NCBI RefSeq assembly: GCF_004010195.1
Contig: NC_057749.1
Coordinates: 25,662,531 to 25,701,930, forward strand
Direction of reading: 5' to 3'
DNA length: 39,400 nt
Origin: Chiloscyllium plagiosum
Lineage: Eukaryota
The stretch's first letter is position 1, and each line of letters opens with the position of its first letter. The position numbers were made by a program, and so were the translations under genes. Positions 34,385 to 39,400 of this stretch are shown in pieces. Under the pieces are notes generated by a model that was given only the letters and a program-made list of their open reading frames with translations, did no database searches and was not told where the DNA came from.

Positions 34385-34744
34385 CATAGCACCAATACTA
34401 ACACCACCACAACATTTCTAATCTATTAAACACCCTTCTTCTGTCCATTGTACTTTTATTGCTAGTTCTCCATTCTTAGGAATCATCTTAACTCTTGACT
34501 CACACTTGGAATGGCGTAAGCCTTTCAAGGGATAGGGCAGGAAAATGGAAGTTAAAGGAGCAAATAATTATAATCTCAATGGCGGAACAGATTCAAAAAA
34601 ATCTTTGGCCTACTCCTTCTCCTATTTTTAGCATTCTCCCCAAGGCATTAGTAACATTTATTTTTGTGGAAGCTTCATTATTACAAATGAAGTAAAGTTA
34701 CAGAAAAGCCTGAAGGACACCAGTCATTGATCTGACCAGTAAAA

Positions 34745-35035
34745 TTATACTCTTTTCCAACCTCTTCTGTCATGCAGAAGGTACAGAAGCTTAAAAACAC
34801 GTACCAACAGATTCAAGAGCAGCTTCTTCCCTGCTGTTATTAGACTTCTGACCTCTCAAATTTCAAATCCAATGTTTATCTCGCTTTGTGTATACCTTGT
34901 CTGCAGCTGTAACATTGTATTTCTGACTCTGTTACCTGAAGGCACTTTGTATAGTATGATTTGCCTGTGCTGCACGCAAAACAAAACTTTTCACTGTACC
35001 TAGGTGCACATGACAACAATAAATCAAATCAAATA
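34745..35035 (+). mobile_element. Rex1/Babar-type LINE 3' end
   Basis: Homologous to 8625-8900 (cagattcaagagcagcttcttccc; cttttcactgtacc); (aaatc)n tail. Confidence 0.8.
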
Positions 35036-35074
35036 TGTATTTGCCTTTGACACGATTCTATGACAAAAATTAAT

Positions 35075-36152
35075 TGAGATACTGCTGATTAAAACTAGTT
35101 AAAATGTAATTGCGCTCTCATTTTGTAATATTTGCACTTAAATATGTTCAACTACCTCTACAGAAACAAACTGGACTGACCCATATTTTCCTTGGCTAAG
35201 TGGCCATTGCATCAGGTTTTTTCGGAGGGGTTCATGCTTAGCGAGATGGCTTGCCCTATTTTTGTTTCATTAACTAGCTACTGTTGCATCCCTCATGTTT
35301 GATTCTATTCCTGTCTTACCAAGAACAGCACCTCACCATTGACCAGGCATCCAGTGAACGAACAACATCCCTTGCAGCTGCGCCATCTGTATTCCTGTGG
35401 ACAATCAATGTTGTTCTTAATGGAAGCAAAATGTCACAGGTTACTCCTCCCAAATCTGTTCCGCTGCCCCATCCCCGACCTCCGCCTGTCCCCAGCAACT
35501 CTCTTTGCCATGAAATTCTCCTCTCAGTTTATCTTGGGCAGCAATCGAGCCTGGAGACATTTCTTAGTAAACATAGATGAAGGTTTCGTTTCTGAGAAAA
35601 GCTTTTTGGCAACAAATGGCATAGCATCAAGTTTCCATGCAACAATTTTACAACTGAAATAACATTTTTGAGGCAAAACATTTACCTAGGAAGGCTTCTT
35701 GAAGCCAAATACTCACCTTGAAAGTCACCGCAACTATTTAGCGTCATTGATTCTTCGGCTCTTCAACCAATGTTGAGGCTGAGGAAGTCTGGACACTTTG
35801 GAGTTGAAAAGCAATGTCCAAACATTGGTGTGTTGAGATCCTGCTGATTAAAACCAGTTAAAATGCCATTGCAGTGAAGTCTTACTGTGCAATATTTGCA
35901 TGTGAATGTGTTCAGCTACTTCTAGAGAAACAAATTGAGCTGCACTTTATTTTTCTTGTTTACATGCCCATTGTGTCTGTTTTTTTTTGGAAAGAATTCA
36001 TGCTTAGCGAGATTTCTCACCCTGTTTTGTTTAATTAGCTGGCTACCCTCTCCCTGCAGTATCTGTCATGTTCAATTCTATTCTGCTCTTACCAAGCATC
36101 GTTCCTGGAGCACCTCACCTGATATCCACTGAAAGACCAATGTTCCTTGTAC
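35075..36152. repeat. Diverged local tandem duplication (35075-35380 vs 35834-36152), period about 760-775 bp
   Basis: Shared colinear blocks ctgctgattaaaac.agttaaaatg, aatatttgca, gaaacaaa, ttcatgcttagcgagat, attctatt, tcttaccaag, agcacctcacc. Confidence 0.8.
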
Positions 36153-36157
36153 TTTTT

Positions 36158-36615
36158 AAAGTTTATGTATTTGTGGGATGTGGGCGTCGCTGGCTGGGCC
36201 AGCATTTATCCCTAGTTACCCTTGAGAAGGTGTGGGTGAGCTGCCCTCCTGAACTGCTCCAGTCAGCCTACTGTGGGATGACAATGCTAATGGGAGTGAA
36301 TTCCATGATTTTGAACCAGCAATATATTTCTGGGTCAGGACGGTGAGTTGCTTGGAGGGAAACGTGAAGGTGGTAGTGGTCTCATGTATCTGTTGCCTTT
36401 GTCCTTCCAGATGGATGTGGTCTTGGGTTTGGAAGGTGCTGTCTGAGGATCTTTGGGAGATTTCTACAGTGCATCCGGTAGATAGTACACACTGCTGCTA
36501 CTGAGTGCTGGTGGTGGAGGGAATGAATACCCTTCTGGATGTGATGTCAATGAAGCAGGCTGCTTTGTCCTGGATGGTGTCAAGCTTCTTGAGTGTTGCT
36601 GGGGCTACAGCATCT
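36158..36615 (-). mobile_element. L2/CR1-group LINE 3' fragment
   Basis: TLKKLDTIQDKAA; reverse homolog of 14290-14822. Confidence 0.8.
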
Positions 36616-36624
36616 TTGTTCTCC

Positions 36625-37230
36625 TGGATAAGAGTTGGCAATCCACTCTTGCTCCTGAACGTCAGCGAAATGGCACAGCAGACACCAAAGCTGTACTGTT
36701 CACAACACATAACCAGCAGTGCTCTGATTCTCTCACACATGTAACCCATTGTCTCATCTTCATCACTGTTGAAACCCCCAGGCCACACTGTTCCTCTTAG
36801 ATACATCCCGTGTAAAGACCTCTCTGAGATCCCAATACTCATTCCCCAATGCCTAGTGCTCACTGTGTGGTATTGTGTGAAACAGATGGGAAAACTGGCC
36901 AACCCCTGTTTGTAGCATACCCTTTGACTGTCCTTTGTACAACCCCAGAGCTGCCTAACACATCACAAGTTAAGACTATAACAAAGGTCAAAGCATTGCT
37001 AACCTCAGCAGGACTTGATGTCGGCTGAGTCCACATAAATCTTTGACCTTGGTGGACCCCGTCAGAGCTTGAGCAGGCTGGCTCCACATATATCTTGGGA
37101 TACTGATTTAACCCAAATAAAGACATCACACCAAAATCCTTTGAGCCCCTTATAAGGATGGGATTAGGGATGGTGAATGCGACACCAGGTTTTGGAGGTC
37201 AATATGATAAACCTCTGAAGTAATAACCCA
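36625..37230 (-). mobile_element. Possible decayed PIF/Harbinger transposase remnant
   Basis: FNSDEDETMGYMCERIRALLVMC...QYS..VCCA loosely matches the YN.AH..TR..IER.IGLLK...LQYSP..VCCALHN C-terminus; weak. Confidence 0.25.
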
Positions 37231-38569
37231 GATCATAATTCAATGTACCGGTCTAATGGATGACTAACCTCTAGTGATAGTTTTTGATAGCTATTGATAA
37301 ATTTTAAGTATAAGTATTCCTGCTTTTCTCTCTGTAAGCGCAAACTTGAGAGAGAAGTAGAGAGCTGCGAGCATTGAAAACCAACAAAAGGGAACACAAA
37401 GAAAGTGAGCACAGGCTGTGGATCGCACCCATGTTGCCAACCAGATGCTGGCACCGGATCTTGGACCATGCGCACCTAGCTCCCATTTACTGCAACCATT
37501 TCTCATTCAGGTCTGTCTGCCTGTAATGCCAGACCACCATCATACACAAAGACAGCTTTGTCTTCCTCACTGTCCCAGTGCTCCTCCTCCTCGAAGGCTG
37601 CTCCCCTCCACCCAGCTCCTCGGCATCTGTCACATTGCCCTGTTGCCTGCTCCAATCGTGCAGAGGTCAGTGGTCCAGCTCTCTCAGCACACTCTGTGCT
37701 GACTGTACTGGAGGGCCACTCTGGACCTGTCCCTGCTCCAGCTTCCCCAACAACCATCCACAATGTCTCCTGAAACCTGACATCACTGATTCCCATGATG
37801 CTCCTCTACTCCCCTGTGAAAGTCACGGTGGGGGCTCCTGCCAATAAATCACCACACCCCCCCCAACTTAGTCTGATGATGTTCCGTATAGCCTCCCCTA
37901 CACCTTGACACTCCACTCCACCCCCACAAATGTCTCTTCCTTCTCCCTCAAAGCTTTCCCGCCACTCTTGGTGATGATCCCCACAGGACCCCTTGCACCC
38001 TCCTGAACTATTGACATTTGGACCCCCTCCCAGGAGTGTATTTGCCCCAGGCCTTTGACCGATTTTGACAAGCAGTCCCTAAACAAGACAGAGCAGAACT
38101 CTGACCACTGTCTTTGCAGCTCCCAAGCTAATGATACATGATTCCCCTGTCTGCTGGTCTGGCTCTATAAGACTGACTCCCCAGACCACTATCAGTCAGA
38201 TTCCCTGACCGTGACTGTCCCTAGTGGACAACTGACTGTGGCCGAGCCCCTGAACTGTGTGTAGACTGGGGTCCCATAACAGGACCCTCTGATTGACAGC
38301 AACGCCCCACATCCTCTTGACTGGATCAAGGAATAGCCCCTACCTTGTTTCTGACATGGCCTTTTGGTTGAATGGGCATGTAGTCCATTTGCTGACACAT
38401 GCTCTAGATGTTAAACCAGCAAGAGGTCAATGTCTGCCTCAACCTTCCACATAGATCCCTACTGACAAGCAACCTGTCCGTGTGTGTGTGAGTGCCCCAG
38501 CACAGCAGTACCAATAACCTTTGACTCTGGTCAAAGTACCAACGTACTGACAGGCATAGAATGTTCACC

Positions 38570-38992
38570 TATTACGAACAATGTGCTTTTACTCCCCCCA
38601 TCATTCAGACAGCCCTCCACTGGACCACCTCCATTCCCCTTTCCACTGCTCTAAACCTCCCCCTCCAATCGCAATAAAGACAGAGTCCCCCTCATCCTCA
38701 CCTACCCCCACCAATCTCTGCATCCAACGCATCATTCTTAAACACTTGCGCCAAATCCAACTAGACCTCCAACACCAAGAACATCTTCCCCTCCCCACCC
38801 CTCTCTGCCTTCCACAACGTCCATTCCCTTCGGCAGTCTTTGGTTTGCCCCACCCTCCACACCAACACCCATGAAGCCCCCGGTACCTTCCCCTGCAACT
38901 AGAAGGGATGGCAGTAGACCACTCCCCTCACCTTCATCCTTCCAGTCCTTCCAGATGAGACAGAGGTTCACCTACCTCTCCTCCAACCTAGG
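38570..38992 (+). mobile_element. Penelope-like element ORF remnant (RT-endonuclease linker to start of GIY-YIG)
   Basis: NRNKDRVPLILTY / PTNLCIQRIILKHLRQIQLD / KNIFPSPPLSAF / SFQMRQRFTYLSSNL across frameshifts. Confidence 0.8.
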
Positions 38993-38994
38993 TA

Positions 38995-39400
38995 AATACA
39001 ATGACTGCAGATGCTGCAAACCAGATTCTGGATTAGTGGTGCTGGAAGAGCACAGCAGATCAGCCAGCATCCGAGGAGCAGTAAAATCGATGTTTCGGGC
39101 AAAAGCTCTTCATCAGGAATACAGGCAGAGAGCCTGAAGGGTGGAGAGATAAGCTAGAGGAGGGTGGGGGTGGGGAGAAAGTAGCATAGAGTACAATAGG
39201 TGAATGGGGGAGGGGATGAAGGTGATCGGTCAGGGTGGAGTGGATAGATGGAAAAGAAGATAGGCAGGTAGGACAAGTCATGGGGACAGTGCTGAGCTAG
39301 AAATTTGGAACTAGGGTGAGGTGTGGGAAGGGGAAATGAGGAAACTGTTGAAGTCCACATTGATGCCCTGGGATTGAAGTGTTCCGAGGCAGAAGATGAG
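38995..39400 (-). mobile_element. Penelope-like element 3' end with hammerhead core at 39085-39120
   Basis: Minus: LIFCLGTLQSQGINVDFNSF C-terminus; attc CTGATGA A GAGC-TTTT-GCCC GAAACATC. Confidence 0.85.

Noticed and set aside
35763..35836. Imperfect hairpin (caatgtt/aacattg, tggaca/tgtcca)
   Set aside because: Large asymmetric bulge; not a credible pre-miRNA
35890..36150. Ig light-chain-like leader end (FQWISG|gtgag) and octamer ATTTGCAT
   Set aside because: No downstream V exon, conserved Cys/Trp pattern or RSS; the octamer lies downstream of the putative leader
37868..37900. ctgatga motif (hammerhead or C-box-like)
   Set aside because: No stem II or GAAA follows, and no convincing terminal stem with a D box
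1..39400. Prokaryotic systems (CRISPR arrays, operons, defence or retron loci)
   Set aside because: No regularly spaced repeat-spacer array or dense ORFs; all RT fragments are vertebrate non-LTR or PLE types

Overview
Repeat-dominated, non-genic or intronic vertebrate DNA, almost certainly from a cartilaginous fish (shark). The evidence is many HE1-type tRNA-derived SINEs with their CR1 (HER1-like) partner LINEs, plus L2/CR1-group and Rex1/Babar LINE fragments, Penelope-like elements (PLEs), solo LTRs, Tigger-like MITEs and probable Harbinger remnants. No intact protein-coding gene is recognisable; the recognisable ORFs in the track are decayed transposon fragments and the rest look like noise. 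The most notable signal is a set of about 11 minimal hammerhead-ribozyme cores (CTGAnGA-N-stemII-GAAA-palindromic stem III) in several PLE families. Two of them sit in ~90-bp TSD-flanked insertions consisting of little more than ribozyme plus 3' tail. Also present: a fold-back PLE inserted into the ribozyme core of an older PLE, a perfect 18-bp hairpin inside a CR1, a tandemly duplicated exon/intron-like unit, and candidate minus-strand exons at 31-36 kb. Family names come from recalled consensus similarity, not database searches. Boundaries without a stated TSD are approximate.
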